This document shows, piece after piece, positions 39,977 through 52,680 of a DNA stretch of 64,000 nucleotides (position 1 is the first letter of the stretch; every line of letters begins with the position of its first letter). The position numbers and the translations under genes are program-made. The DNA comes from Octopus sinensis (lineage: Eukaryota), in contig NC_043015.1 in the NCBI RefSeq assembly GCF_006345805.1, positions 32,984,001 through 33,048,000 on the forward strand. The letters are read 5' to 3'. The notes beneath the pieces were generated by a model, which saw only the letters and a list, made by a program, of their open reading frames with translations, did no database searches and was not told where the DNA came from.

Positions 39977-40225
39977 AACAAGAAAGAACCCCCCTCATTC
40001 TGCCTTCCCTCCCACCCTCGCAAATATCCTCCTCTTACTCAGACCTTCCTCCCCACCCCACCCCCTGCACCGACCTCCACCCCCCTCCATGCAGCAGGGG
40101 TTCAATCTCTTGGTAATATTTATAAATGACTCCATCGTAACATCACCAGCGACAGACAGAAAACCGATAAATCCTCAACAAATAACAAAACACCCACCCT
40201 ACACACACCCTACACACACCCTACA

Positions 40226-40267
<42 letters not shown>

Positions 40268-40359
40268 ACACACACATACACCCACACACACCAAAAAAAA
40301 ATATTGTTTTCCCAAGCAACTACTTACCCCTACTACCAGAACCACAACCACCTGCACTG

Positions 40360-40810
40360 TCATCGCTGTCATCGCCACCTCCATCACCATCATCATCATC
40401 GACATCATCGACATCATCGTCATCATCATCATCATCAACATCATCATCATCGTCGTCGTGATCATCGTCATCGTTATCATCATCATCGTCGTCGTCATCA
40501 TCGTCATCGTCATCATCATCATCATCATCATCATCGTCGTTGTCATCGCCATCATCATCACCATCATCATCGTCGCCGTAGTCGTCGTCTTCATCATCAT
40601 CGACATCATCTTCATCATCGACATCATCGTCGTAATCGTCATCATCATCATCATCTTCATCATCGTCGTCGTCATCAACATCATCATCATTGTCCTAAGC
40701 GTGATCATCATCGTCATCGTTATCGTCATCATCGTTATTATCGTCGTCCTTCTCGTCGTTGTAATCGTCGCCAAGCTCATCGTCATCGTCATCATCATCA
40801 GCTGCAGCAG
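40360..40810. repeat. Degenerate (ATC/GTC)n trinucleotide array
   Basis: Directly visible; it generates spurious poly-I/H/M ORFs. Confidence 0.9.
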
Positions 40811-40957
40811 CATTGTCGTCTTTCCGTCCTCGTTTATCTTTCTCTTTTCATTCACACATATATATATATATGCACACACATATATAAATAAATACATACA
40901 CACTACAACACACACACACACACACACACACATATTATATTGTGTGTGTGGGTGTGG

Positions 40958-40996
<39 letters not shown>

Positions 40997-41257
40997 TGGT
41001 GTGTGTGCGTGTGTGTGTGTGTGACCGCGTGTGTACCGGGTTGGCGATTTTTTTTCCCTCTGTCTTTCCTTCTCTGGATCTTTCCTTCTCCTATGTTTCC
41101 GACGAAGAGCTCCGCTCAAAACGTTAAACCCTCCTTCTTTCCTTCTTTCCTGAGCGTCAATAATACTATATTTGTTCCACGCTCCTCGCGTTGTTGTGTT
41201 TTTTTTGTGCTTTCCTTGTTTGGATTAACTTTATATATATATGTAATATATAAATAG

Positions 41258-41290
<33 letters not shown>

Positions 41291-41651
41291 GATATATATA
41301 CATATATATATCGTTCTTCCAGGTTAGATATTGTTGCCAACAAAACTGTTTGTTTCTTTTCCCTCATAATATCAAATCCACCGCCGCCAACTCATTTGCA
41401 ACATTCTAACCCCAGTATCTACCTTCTATGTCATTGCTGTCTATGCCACCCCAGCCTCATCACAACCCAGTACCCACCACCCCACATACCCCCGTTCAAT
41501 TCACTGTACTTTCATCGTTGCTGTACCACCCCCCTATTGCATATTAAACTCTCCTATAAACTTAGCACTTTGAACACGTGCACACACTCACACATACATA
41601 TGCATGCATAAATACCCACATGTACACAGACACACACAAACGTTTAGGCAG

Positions 41652-41739
41652 AATAAAATCCTAATGTAAATCGAATTAAAATTATGGACCTAATAAGAGG
41701 GTATTTGTATGTGAACCTACAGATAAATTGCGTGTGTTT

Positions 41740-41774
<35 letters not shown>

Positions 41775-43612
41775 TATATTATATATATATATATATATTA
41801 TATATACAAATTGGAGATAGGGGTTGTAATGCAACCCTCCATGGGATAACATATATCCAATATACTGCTAGTGAAGTACCCAACAAAGTTAATACATAAA
41901 TGTTAATGATTGCGATGTAATCAATTCATTTACTGTATTCTATGGGCAAAGGTAAAATGATTTACCACAAATTTAGATATATTTCTCCATTTTCTTATCT
42001 TGTATATATATATATACTCTTTTACTTGTTTCAATCATTTGACTGCGGCCGTGCTGGAGCACCGCCTTTAGTCGAGCAAATGGATCCCAGGACTTTTGCC
42101 GAACCGCTAAGTTACGGGGATGTAAACATACCAGCATCGGTTGTTAAGCGATGTTGGGGGACAAATACAGACACACAAACACACACACACACACATAAAT
42201 ATATACATATACATATATACGACGAGCTTCTTTCAGTTTCCCTCTACCAAATCCACTCACAGGCTTTGGTGGCCCGAGGATATAGTAGAAGAGACACTTT
42301 GCCCACGGTGCCACGCAGTGGAACCATGTGGTTGGTAAGCAAGCTACTTTTATTCATACAATTGGCCACAAGGGCCTTACAAAGAAAGGAAGCTGCGGGC
42401 TGACGAAGGACATAATGAGATGGAATGATAGATGATATGATATAATGAGGGCAACTGCAACGCCCCCGATTGCTGCTTATCACCGGCCATGCATATATAA
42501 ATATATAATATATATATATTATATATATAATATATAATATATATATATATATATATTAAATATAGTATATGAAAGAATGGAGTTGAACGACTAGTTACAA
42601 ATATCCTTTATTCTCGACATATGTTCGAAGGCTGCATATTTCCTAATTCCGAAGGAATAAGGAGTACANNNNNNNNNNNNNNNNNNNNNNNNNNNNNNNN
42701 NNNNNNNNNNNNNNNNNNNNNNNNNNNNNNNNNNNNNNNNNNNNNNNNNNNNNNNNNNNNNNNNNNNNGATAAAATCCTAATGTAAATCGAATTAAAATT
42801 ATGGACCTAATAAGAGGGTATTTGTATGTGAACCTACAGATAAATATGCGTGTGTTGGCGCATATATAATATATATATATATTATATTATATATATTATA
42901 TATTATATATTATATATATATATACAAATTGAGATAGGGGTTGTAAATGCAACCCTCCATGGGATAACATATATCCAATATACTGCTAGTGAAGTACCCA
43001 ACAAAGTTAATACATAAATGTTAATGATTGCGATGTAATCAATTCATTTACTGTATTCTATGGCAAGGTAAAATGATTTACCACAAATTTAGATATATTT
43101 CTCCATTTTCTTATCTTGTATATATATATATACTCTTTACTTGTTTCAATCATTTGACTGCGGCCGTGCTGGAGCCCGCCTTTAGTCGAGCAAATGGATC
43201 CCAGGACTTTTGCCGAACCGCTAAGTTACGGGATGTAACATACCAGCATCGGTGTTAAGCGATGTTGGGGGACAATATACAGACACACAACAAACACACA
43301 CACACACACCCTAAATATATACATATACATATATACGACGAGCTTCTTTCAGTTTCCCTCTACCAAATCCACTCACAAGGCTTTGGTGGGCCCGAGGATA
43401 TAGTAGAAGACACTTTGCCCACGGTGCCACGCAGTGGAACCATGTGGTTGGTAAGCAAGCTACTTTTATTCATACAATTGGCCACAAGGGCCTTACAAAG
43501 AAAGGAAGCTGCGGGCTGGACGAAGGACATAATGAGATGGAATGATAGATGATATGATAATAATGAGGGCAACTGCAACGCCCCCCGATTGCTGCTTATC
43601 ACACGGCCATGC

Positions 43613-43681
<69 letters not shown>

Positions 43682-43800
43682 TTATAAGTATATGAAAGAA
43701 TGGAGTTGAACGACTAGTTAACAATATCCTTTATTCTCGACATAGTTTCGAAGGCTGCATATATCCTAATTCCGAAGGAATAAGGAGTACATTATGCAGA
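41652..43800. repeat. ~1 kb direct duplication on either side of the assembly gap
   Basis: 41652-42668 is nearly identical to 42769-~43790; differences are mostly single-base indels. Confidence 0.85.
42669..42768. other. Assembly gap (100 N)
   Basis: Run of exactly 100 N. Confidence 0.99.
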
Positions 43801-43887
43801 TTTGCGATAATGATTATCGCCATGGGCTCCTTGAGAGCGGTCAGCTAAAAGTTTTTTGTGCATTTTGATGTCGACATAAGTTCCTTG

Positions 43888-43971
43888 ATTTTCCTGATGA
43901 GAAATCTGCATAATGTACTCCTTATTCCTTCGGAATTAGGAATATGCAGCCTTCGAACATATGTCGAGAAT
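43888..43971 (+). ncRNA. Type I hammerhead ribozyme (HHR-4), same family as HHR-2
   Basis: attttc-CUGAUGA (43894-43900)-gaaatctgcata...tatgcagccttc-GAA(A)C-AUAU-GUC-gagaat. One A is missing in this copy but present in the inverted partial copy at 43676-43803. Confidence 0.65.
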
Positions 43972-44039
43972 AAAGGATATTTGTTAACTAGTCGTTCAAC
44001 TCCATTCTTTCATATACTTATAATTTAAAATATATATAT

Positions 44040-44091
<52 letters not shown>

Positions 44092-44098
<7 letters not shown>

Positions 44099-44285
44099 CC
44101 AATTAAGGACTGAACACGAAAAGTGGACAGTCACATGCTAGATATAGACGTCAAATCGCATTCTCCACAAAGATTATGTTCTCTTGATCTGAGAACATAA
44201 TCTTTTGTGGAGAATGGCGATTTGACGTCTATATCTAGCATGTTGACTGTCCACTTTTCGTATTCAGTCCTAATTGGTATATATA
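44092..44285. repeat. Near-perfect inverted repeat: ~92-bp arms, 7-nt spacer
   Basis: ...ccaattaaggactgaacacgaaaagtggacagtc...gattatgttctc-ttgatct-gagaacataatc...cagtcctaattgg; a few 1-nt indels between the arms. Confidence 0.85.
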
Positions 44286-44365
44286 AATATTTTAATCTTC
44301 GGATTCTTTTTTTAATATGCTAGACCACTGGTCTTAATTGATAAATATCAATTTCTACCTCTTAA

Positions 44366-44441
<76 letters not shown>

Positions 44442-44504
44442 CTATATATATATACATAACACACACGGACATGTGCACATATATACATAACACATACACA
44501 CAGT

Positions 44505-44536
<32 letters not shown>

Positions 44537-45061
44537 GGAAAATTATGAGTTTGTGTGTGCGTGTGTGTGTCTGCCTGTCTGCCCTATCTGTGTCTCTGTG
44601 TGCAGTGGTGGCGGTGGTGGTGTTTGGGGTAGCAGAGGTGGAGATGGCGTAGTCTACTCAGCAAAAATATCATCATCATCATCACCAGTAGCAGCAGCAA
44701 CAGTAACATTAACAAAAACAACAACAACAACTATTACAAGACCCACCAGACCACAGCAGCAACAACAACAAATATTGCAACAACAACAGGAAGTACAGTA
44801 TGTCATTTAGTGTACTTTGTAGAGCATATACAGCTACCACACCTACCTTACAAATACCCCGTCCCACCCTTTAAACACCCGATTCTTCCCTTAAATATCC
44901 ATCATCGTCGTCACCTTTACATCAACACCTACCATTATAATTTCATTATTCTACTCCCACTGTCACCCCGAACTCTGGGAGATGATCGTAACGCTGAACA
45001 GGTAAAAGTGTGATAGTAGGGAGGTCAACCAGGTGAGAACCTGACTTTAAATATGATACAG

Positions 45062-45101
45062 GGAGCAAAGTATGGCTTAACATACTTACCTGGTGTGACA
45101 G
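45062..45101 (+). CDS. Candidate coding exon B (40 nt): (G)SKVWLNILTWCD(R/S)
   Basis: Branch-like CTGAC at 45041-45045, acceptor tacAG (45060-45061) and perfect donor CAG|GTAAGT at 45102. Open from phase 1 to phase 2, continuing exon C. The pyrimidine tract is weak. Confidence 0.6.
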
Positions 45102-45143
45102 GTAAGTACGTAGATGCAGATATATATATATATAATATATTAT

Positions 45144-45190
<47 letters not shown>

Positions 45191-45254
45191 ATAATATATA
45201 GGAGAGAGAGAGAGAGAGAGAGAGGGAGAGGGGTGAGATAGATAGATACATAGA

Positions 45255-46320
45255 TGATACTTGGAGGATGCTTTCTTATTCTTTTTACGAAGTGCCCTGT
45301 CCATTATATCCCAGAGGTGTTCAATAGGGTTCATATCTGGTGACTGGCTTGGCCATGGAAGTTTTTTAATGCCATTCTTTTCCAACCAATCTTGAGTCTC
45401 TTTAGCCGTGTGACAAGGAGTGCCATCTTCCATAAATAGAAAGTCTTCTTTAATCATTTCACCACCGGAGAAGACTGGAAGGAATCATTTCAGTAATATG
45501 GACATATATTTATCTGAGTTTATGTTTCTCTCACACTCCACATGCTCTGATTGACCATTGCTCCAAATAGTTTCCCAGACCATCACAAAACAGCTGCCTT
45601 ATTTCATTGTTGGCTGCAATCTTCTCACATCAAATTCTTGATCACAGAGTCTCCAGACCCACACTCTCTACTGTCAGAAATTACAGCAAATCTGGACTCA
45701 TCAGAGAATATGAAAGTGTCCCAAAATGCTAGCGGCCACTCCACCGTCTCATTGGTCCAATCTTTTCTCCACTAAATATTGGCTGGTTGAAGAATTGGCT
45801 TCCATTTTGCTGCTCTGCCGTAGTAGCCAAGTTTGTGAAGTTACCCGGCAGCTGTTTTGAGACTGACATCAACTTGTTCTGCTATGTTAGAGGCCTTGCA
45901 ATGAAGATTATCCTCCAGACTTCACTTAACAAAGCAAAGGGTCCTGTCAGAGGGCTCTGGTCGACCTGGGCAAGGTGATGCGGACGTCTTCACCTCTCTG
46001 GTAAATTGCACAGTTACCCTATAAACTGTAGAAAGCGAGATCCCAATGTTTTCTGCGATTTTACGCTAAGTCCACCGTCAGATTGACGCACAATACGGCC
46101 TCTTTGAAATTTGGACAATTCCAAAGCTTCTTTTGTATGTAGCATGGTTAAACAGTCACATATAGAACCTGAAATATAAAAATGTCCATTAATAAAAAGA
46201 ATATAAACCTTTTCAAGTTAAGATAATCATAAAACAATGCTATACGGGGTGTCATGTGTGGGGTGGGGTCTGCTCAATTTTTCTATTTAATTTAGAATAA
46301 ATTTTGACTGGGCACCTACT
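45255..46320 (-). mobile_element. Tc1 transposon remnant
   Basis: Broken transposase: FIFSDESRF...VMVW...NINSDKY / FMEDGTPCHTAK...WPSQSPDMNPIEHLW. Possible 5' TIR near 46295-46320. Confidence 0.85.
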
Positions 46321-47060
46321 TATTAGCAAGGTTGTGAATGAAGCCCTTGCAAATTTGTTTAGTCTCAGATATCGTGATCATTTGTAGCGTATAAAATTAA
46401 GGGTTTGCGTTCTCTCCCAAGTTCAAACGTACTTTGCTCCAGACGGGTTCGTATGTAACCTGTTGCTCCTGGATACTGCATTTACAAACTCCTTATCAAT
46501 CGTCTGTAGATGCCCTCTTTCTCTTGTATGTTTCTAACCACATTTCTATTGAGAGGGCAGCTGATTTCCACCACAGAACATATCTTTGTATGTATGTATG
46601 TATGTATGTATGTATGTATGTATGTATGTATGTATGTATGTATGTATGTATGTATAACAAACTGTTTAGTTGTTTTACGTAGAAAAAAATTAAAATACTC
46701 AATACCTTATGAAGAGTCAATATATTCATTATAATATAGTTGATAAATATTTCTACTTTTCCACAGGACTTTAAAGATATTAATGATGAAATTATGGGTA
46801 TTTTTTTTTCAATAATATGGATAGAAACTATAAAGAAGTATAGTTTATTCAAATAACTATCTATGTCTAAAAGAAATACTCTTTCATACTTAAGCGCGCG
46901 CGCACACACACACACACATACACGAGCGCACGCACGTGTGTATGTGTGTGTACACATACATATTCCCATACATATGTACGTGCATACAAACATTTTTATG
47001 TATATGATCAGTTCAAGTTTTACTACTTCATTTTACTACCCCTTTCATTAAAAATATATT

Positions 47061-47460
47061 CTCTTCTACTCTAGGCACAAGGCCCGAAATTTTGGGGGAG
47101 AGGTCCAATCGATTAGATCGACCCAAGCACGCAACTAGTACTTAACTTATCGACCCCGATAGGATGAAAGGCAAAGTCGACCTTGACAAAATTTGAACTC
47201 AGAACGTAAAGACAGACAAAGTACCTATTTCTTTACTACCCACAAGGGGCTAAACATAGAGGAAACAAACAAGGACAGACAAACGGATTAAGTCGATTAT
47301 ATCGATCCCAGTGCTTAACTGGTACTTAATTTATCGACCCCCGAAAGGATGAAAAGGCAAAGTCGACCTCGGCGGAATTTGAACTGTGAACGTAGCGACA
47401 GGCGAAATACGGCTGCGCATTTCGCCCGGCGTGCTAACCACTCTGCCAGCTCGCCGCCTT
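47061..47460 (-). mobile_element. Dimeric SINE family 1 insertion with a 15-bp TSD
   Basis: Two units joined by a linker; cattaaaaatatatt at 47046-47060 and 47461-47475. Confidence 0.85.
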
Positions 47461-47604
47461 CATTAAAAATATATTAACATAAACTTAATTATTGTTTTTC
47501 ATCCAGATCGTGACTAATTTATTTATTCACTAAAGAGATTGTCTCATTAATAGACATTCATAAAATACACGCATAAATATTCATAGTGTGTATATACATA
47601 TATA

Positions 47605-47666
<62 letters not shown>

Positions 47667-48475
47667 TTGTATATATGTTTATATATATACAGACAGACTA
47701 ACAGACAGATAAACTAATAGACAAACAGACAGATCTCCCATTATTTACAGCTGAATCACTCATATTCAGGAGAATATATTTTATGATGAAATATTTCAGC
47801 ATTTTTGATCGGCAAATCTTTGATCTTTGGAGCATGACATAGTGGCACAGTTAAATTGATATGGTGCTTCTCGCTCACCTGTTCTTCAACCAACCAAGGA
47901 CTGAATGTACGGCGTCAACCTGCTCACCTGAATGTTACCTGTAATCATTTATATGAATGTAATAAATCATACAGGTGTTTAATTTCCTGAAGCACGGCAA
48001 GGTAGGCTGTTTTGATGGGTTGGTGGTTGATAAATTGAACACACGGGATCGGGTTTCCATTTTTGGGTGGAATCATTTCACCTCCTTTATATCAGTTATG
48101 CTTCTGAAAAGGGCATGAACGCCGCACAATCCTTATACCTTTTCTTTATATTCATTTTCTCTCTACATACAAACATGTATACAAACACACACAAATGTGT
48201 GTGTGTGTGTTTGTTAATGCGTTTTTTGTGTTTGCAACTCTGTATGAGTGTAGATGTGGAACCATTAATCCCTCCACGTTCTTCTTCTTTCTGTTTTTTC
48301 TCTTTCTCCATTTTTGTCCTCCTCCATTTCAGACGAAGAGCGTAGGCTCGAAGCGTTAAGGACTCTTCGGTTTTTCCTAAGCGTCAAACTAATACACCTT
48401 ACTGGTTGTTCCCTCACCTGACTCTGTCTTTTTGTTTTTTGTGATTTGAACCATATATATATATACACACACACA

Positions 48476-48511
<36 letters not shown>

Positions 48512-48514
<3 letters not shown>

Positions 48515-49218
48515 TGGGTGCTGAAAAAATCCTGGTTTTAAGGGTATCGCGAAGGGGTACATCTGTTACTTTTACAGGAGAAACAGGACAATCATGATAG
48601 TATACAATATATCTTCCTCCATTTTGTAGATTTAGCGCATGATGGCAGCTTCTACACTAGTAAAATTGAAGCACGGACGGTCATGCAAGGCAAAGGAACG
48701 GCGGAAATTCTTGGCGAAATGAAGGAAGTCTTGAAGCATGACTGCCCATCTTACTTCACAGGGGAAATCTGAATGTTAAGGTTTCAAACTGGTCATTTCG
48801 AATTCACAGATGGACCCTGGTCAGGACGGCCAACTTCCGCGACCACAGAGAACAAAGCCGACGCTGTGTACGTCATGATTCTCGAGGACTTCAGTTAAAG
48901 TCATCGCTGAGACTTTTGGGATTTCCTGCGAAAGAGTTGGCCACATCATCCAGTAAATTCTAGACATGAGAAAGCTTTCCGCAAAATGGGTGCCGAAATA
49001 CCTGAACGCAGATCAGAAGTGCATCAGTGACAACATCAAAGACGGTTTTGGATCGGTTTGCAACGAGTGAGGCTGGTTTTTATGGTTTGTTTAGTTAATA
49101 TGGATGAAACTTGGTTTTATCATTATGATCCCCAAACCCAGCAGCAACCAATGAAGTGACGCCACAGCGGTTCACAACGTCCCAAGAGGTTTCGAACCCA
49201 GAAATCAGCTAGAAAGAT
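48512..49218 (+). mobile_element. mariner remnant (5' TIR plus N-terminal half of the transposase)
   Basis: cgatgggtgctgaaaaaatcctgg TIR; ...SGRPTS...MRKLSAKWVPKYL...MDETWFYHYDP...QKSARK. It is cut off by a SINE family 2 3' module at ~49219. Confidence 0.8.
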
Positions 49219-50503
49219 TAGCGGTTCGGCAGAAGAGACCGATAGAATAAGTACCAGGCTCACAAAAAATAAGTCCTGGAGTCGATTTGCTCGACTAAAG
49301 GCGGTGCTCCAGCGTGGCCACAGTTACAAGACTGAAACAAGTAAAAGAGTAAAAGGGTAAATATATATACATACACACACACATATATATGTATATATGT
49401 GCGTGTGTGTATGTATGCATGTATGTATGTATGTATGTATGTATGTATGTATGTATGCATGTATGTATGTATGCATGTATGTATGCATGTATGCATGTAT
49501 GTATGTATGTATGTATGTATGTATGTATGTATGTATGTATGTATGCATGTATGTATGCATGTATGTGTGTGTGTGTATGTATGTATGTATGTATGTGTGT
49601 ATGTATGTATATGTATGTGTGTATGTATGTATGTATGTATGTATGAATGTATGTATGTATGTATTTATATATATGTATCTGTGTGTGTATGTATGTATGT
49701 GTGTGTGCGTGTATGTGTGTGTGTGCATAGTCACAGGGACATGAGGCAAGTTATGACGAGTCGTCATAAATTGCCTGATGACCATCACCCCATCTACCAA
49801 TCCACCAACACCACCAGCCCCGTTAATACCACCTTTACTATCAGCACTACAATTACCATTTAACCACCACCACCGCCATCACTGTCAACCCACCACACAA
49901 CCGCCGCCTCCACCACCACCACTACACTTACCACCACCGCCGCCGCCACCACCACCACTACACTTACCACCACCACCGCCACCACAGCCAGTCCTGTGTA
50001 TTGCACCACGTCACATCTCACTTGTCTCGTCTGCTTAATGGATGACATTGAACAGTTAACAGCGGGACATCATCACAACAGAGACACGACAGAGAAGTCG
50101 AGGCGAGGAGGAGTAGTTACAGTTTTTGTTTTTGTTTTTGCATTGTCGGTTGTAGCATCGTCCACGACCACCACCACCACCACCACCACCACCACCACCA
50201 CCACCATCACCACCACCACCAGTACTACCATCTCGACGGCCATCATCATCTGTCTTCATCGTCACCATTACCATTATTATTATCATCATCATCGTCGTCG
50301 TCGTTATCGTCGTGGTATCATCGTCATCATCATTATTATTATTATTATTATTATTACTATTACCATTATTATTATCATCATCATCATCATCATCGTCGTC
50401 ATCGTAGGCGACGGCACGGCGATGTCATCCACTTCATCATCACATCACCATCATCATCATCACCATTATCACCACCACCACCTGCACCACCAACTAGCAC
50501 CAT

Positions 50504-50548
<45 letters not shown>

Positions 50549-50929
50549 GGCCGCTATTATCATCATCGTCCCATCAACCTCATCGCCATCATCACCACCA
50601 ACTGTTCCATCACCATCATCATTAACATCACTATCATCACCATCATCATCATCAGCATCACCACCACCACCACTATACCATTTACAACATTTCACCCCCT
50701 TTTCTATTCCCTTTCTTTGACTCAGACTCACTCTCCTCCTCTCCTTTCATCCTGACCTGGACTGAATTTCTATGCAACAACATAACCCTTCATATAGAGT
50801 CCTGCTTCTTGATAAGCTACGTGGCCTGTTTACTGCTCTCCTCCTCACTAACCTGCGATCTGTAACAATACGTTAATGCACAGAATGAAGCCGTGACCCC
50901 AACTAAAAGAATTCTCAATGGTGGCTGCC

Positions 50930-51130
50930 AACGGGACTGACTCGACAAAAAACTGGCTTCACTACCACAGATCCTTTTCGACTTGTCTTGCATCGATCAA
51001 AAGACTCAATACACATAAACTAGAAACTGTAATGAATCCCATCTTGACAACTGTTTATGATGACATACGTGAATGCAAAACATACGAAGAGGTCATCGTT
51101 CTTCTTGAAAACATTGGCAGTGAACCTCAC
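50930..51130 (+). mobile_element. Probable Ty3/Gypsy gag N-terminal fragment
   Basis: KNWLHYHRSFSTCL...HKLETVMNPI...VYDDIRECKTYEEVIVLLEN resembles the Gypsy gag pattern W..W...F...KL..L...VY..I..C.TY.EAI..L. Confidence 0.45.
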
Positions 51131-52680
51131 CAATGAGATCTTTGTATGTCATGGAATTCTGTTTTGGTTGGTGCTGGAGTGGCATGGCTGGCCTTTTTCG
51201 TCTCGGTCGACGGTATTGCAGAGACAGTAACTTAACCCCGTCTGGGCTGTTTCCAGAAGCAACTACTCAACCCCAAGTACACTTACCACTTCTCCACTCA
51301 TGGATATGCCACGAAGGAAAGACAAGTCAATTCATTCGCAGCATCTATGGAAACGCAGGAGATGCCAAATAATAAGCATACTCATTTCCCTTCAGGTCTC
51401 CCGCCTCTGGATTTTCTTTACGAGTTTATTCACTTAGAGTTTTTACACTTTCGATAATTTCCCCCTACAAAGCAACAGGGATTTATTATTACAGTGGACA
51501 TGGTTTGTGTAGAGTCAGTCTAGATTCTTATTTTGTTTTCCCCCCATTCACTTGTGTAAGCTAGCAATGACAACTCCTGAGAGAACGCTTCAATGGCCAG
51601 GAACATGTTAAACTGTGTAAAGCAATAGAGAAAGAAGTCTAGTCGGTTCCCTAAAATATTATTCGTTTATTCTTTGACACGCTTCGGTCATTTGACTGCG
51701 GGCATTCTGGAGCACCACCTTAAATGGGTTTTAGTCGAAGAAATCGACCCCAGGACTTATTCTTTGTGAACCTAGTACTTATTCTGTCGGCTTATTTTGC
51801 CGAACCGCTATGTTAAGGGGACATAAACACACCAGCATCGGTTGTCAAGCGACAACAGGGGAACAAACACATATACATACACCGTTAGCCACGAAACCTT
51901 TTTTATTTTCTCTCCCCCTTTATTTCTGTGTTCCTTTCTGTCGAAGAGCATAGGCTCGAAACATAAAAGACTTTCTCACTTCCCGAGTCTTAAACTAATA
52001 CATTTGTTTGTTCTATGTTTAAGAGATGAGGAATTCTGTACATTATTTACATTATTTACGGTATTTACATTCGTCAGATATTTGTCCACATCCGTCGAAT
52101 GTAAATAATGTAAATAATGTAAATAATGTACATTTGTTTGTTGTTTATACACCCGTCTTCGTCTTTTTTTTTGGAAATTCTCTCTACATTTATATATATA
52201 TACGACGGGCTTCTTTCATTTTCCGTCACCCAAATCTACTCACAAGGTTTTGGTCGACCCGTGGCTATAGTAGTAGACATTTCCCCAAGGTGCTACGCAG
52301 TGGGACTGAATCCGGAACCTTGTGGTTGGGAAGCAAATTTCTTACCACACAGCCATGCCTGCGCTATGTAAACCCATAATTTATTATATTGCTTGCATGG
52401 ACCCACAGGAGCCATGAGGATCCCGTTGAGAACCACCAACCTAGACAAAAATAATGGTTACCAACTCCTCTAGCTGGAAGCCTGGAGGAGATTATGACGA
52501 GCAGTAATATGGCTACCTCTGCTGACCCACCAAAGCTAGAGTGTCACGGTTCAGGGTCGAAACACCCGATGATCATTGGATACCGTCTGATGACACCAAT
52601 TCGTCCTGGCCATAGCTCCATTGACCTTGGTGAATGGAAAAGAAGCACTCTTTTTCAGTTGTTATCAATAATATAATAAA

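Noticed and set aside
40089-41119. Poly-Ile/His/Met ORFs here and at 21961-22716 and 49996-50731
   Set aside because: They are products of trinucleotide repeats, with no splice signals or domain content.
41652-43800. Apparent ~1.1 kb tandem duplication
   Set aside because: The copies sit on either side of an exactly 100-N gap and differ mainly by single-base indels, as expected for unmerged overlapping contig ends.
45082-45093. U1 snRNA gene
   Set aside because: Only the first 12 nt match; there are no U1 stem-loops or Sm site downstream.
45053-45101. Alternative reading GAKYGLTYLPGVTG, suggesting a USP Cys-box lead-in
   Set aside because: It needs phase 0 entry, but the upstream exon C ends in phase 1, and no GNTC exon was found downstream in the window.
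47895-47975. Open frame LNVRRQPAHLNVTCNHLYECNKSY as an extra exon
   Set aside because: The donor (CAG|GTGTTT) is weak and the phase 1 entry does not follow exon B, which ends in phase 2.
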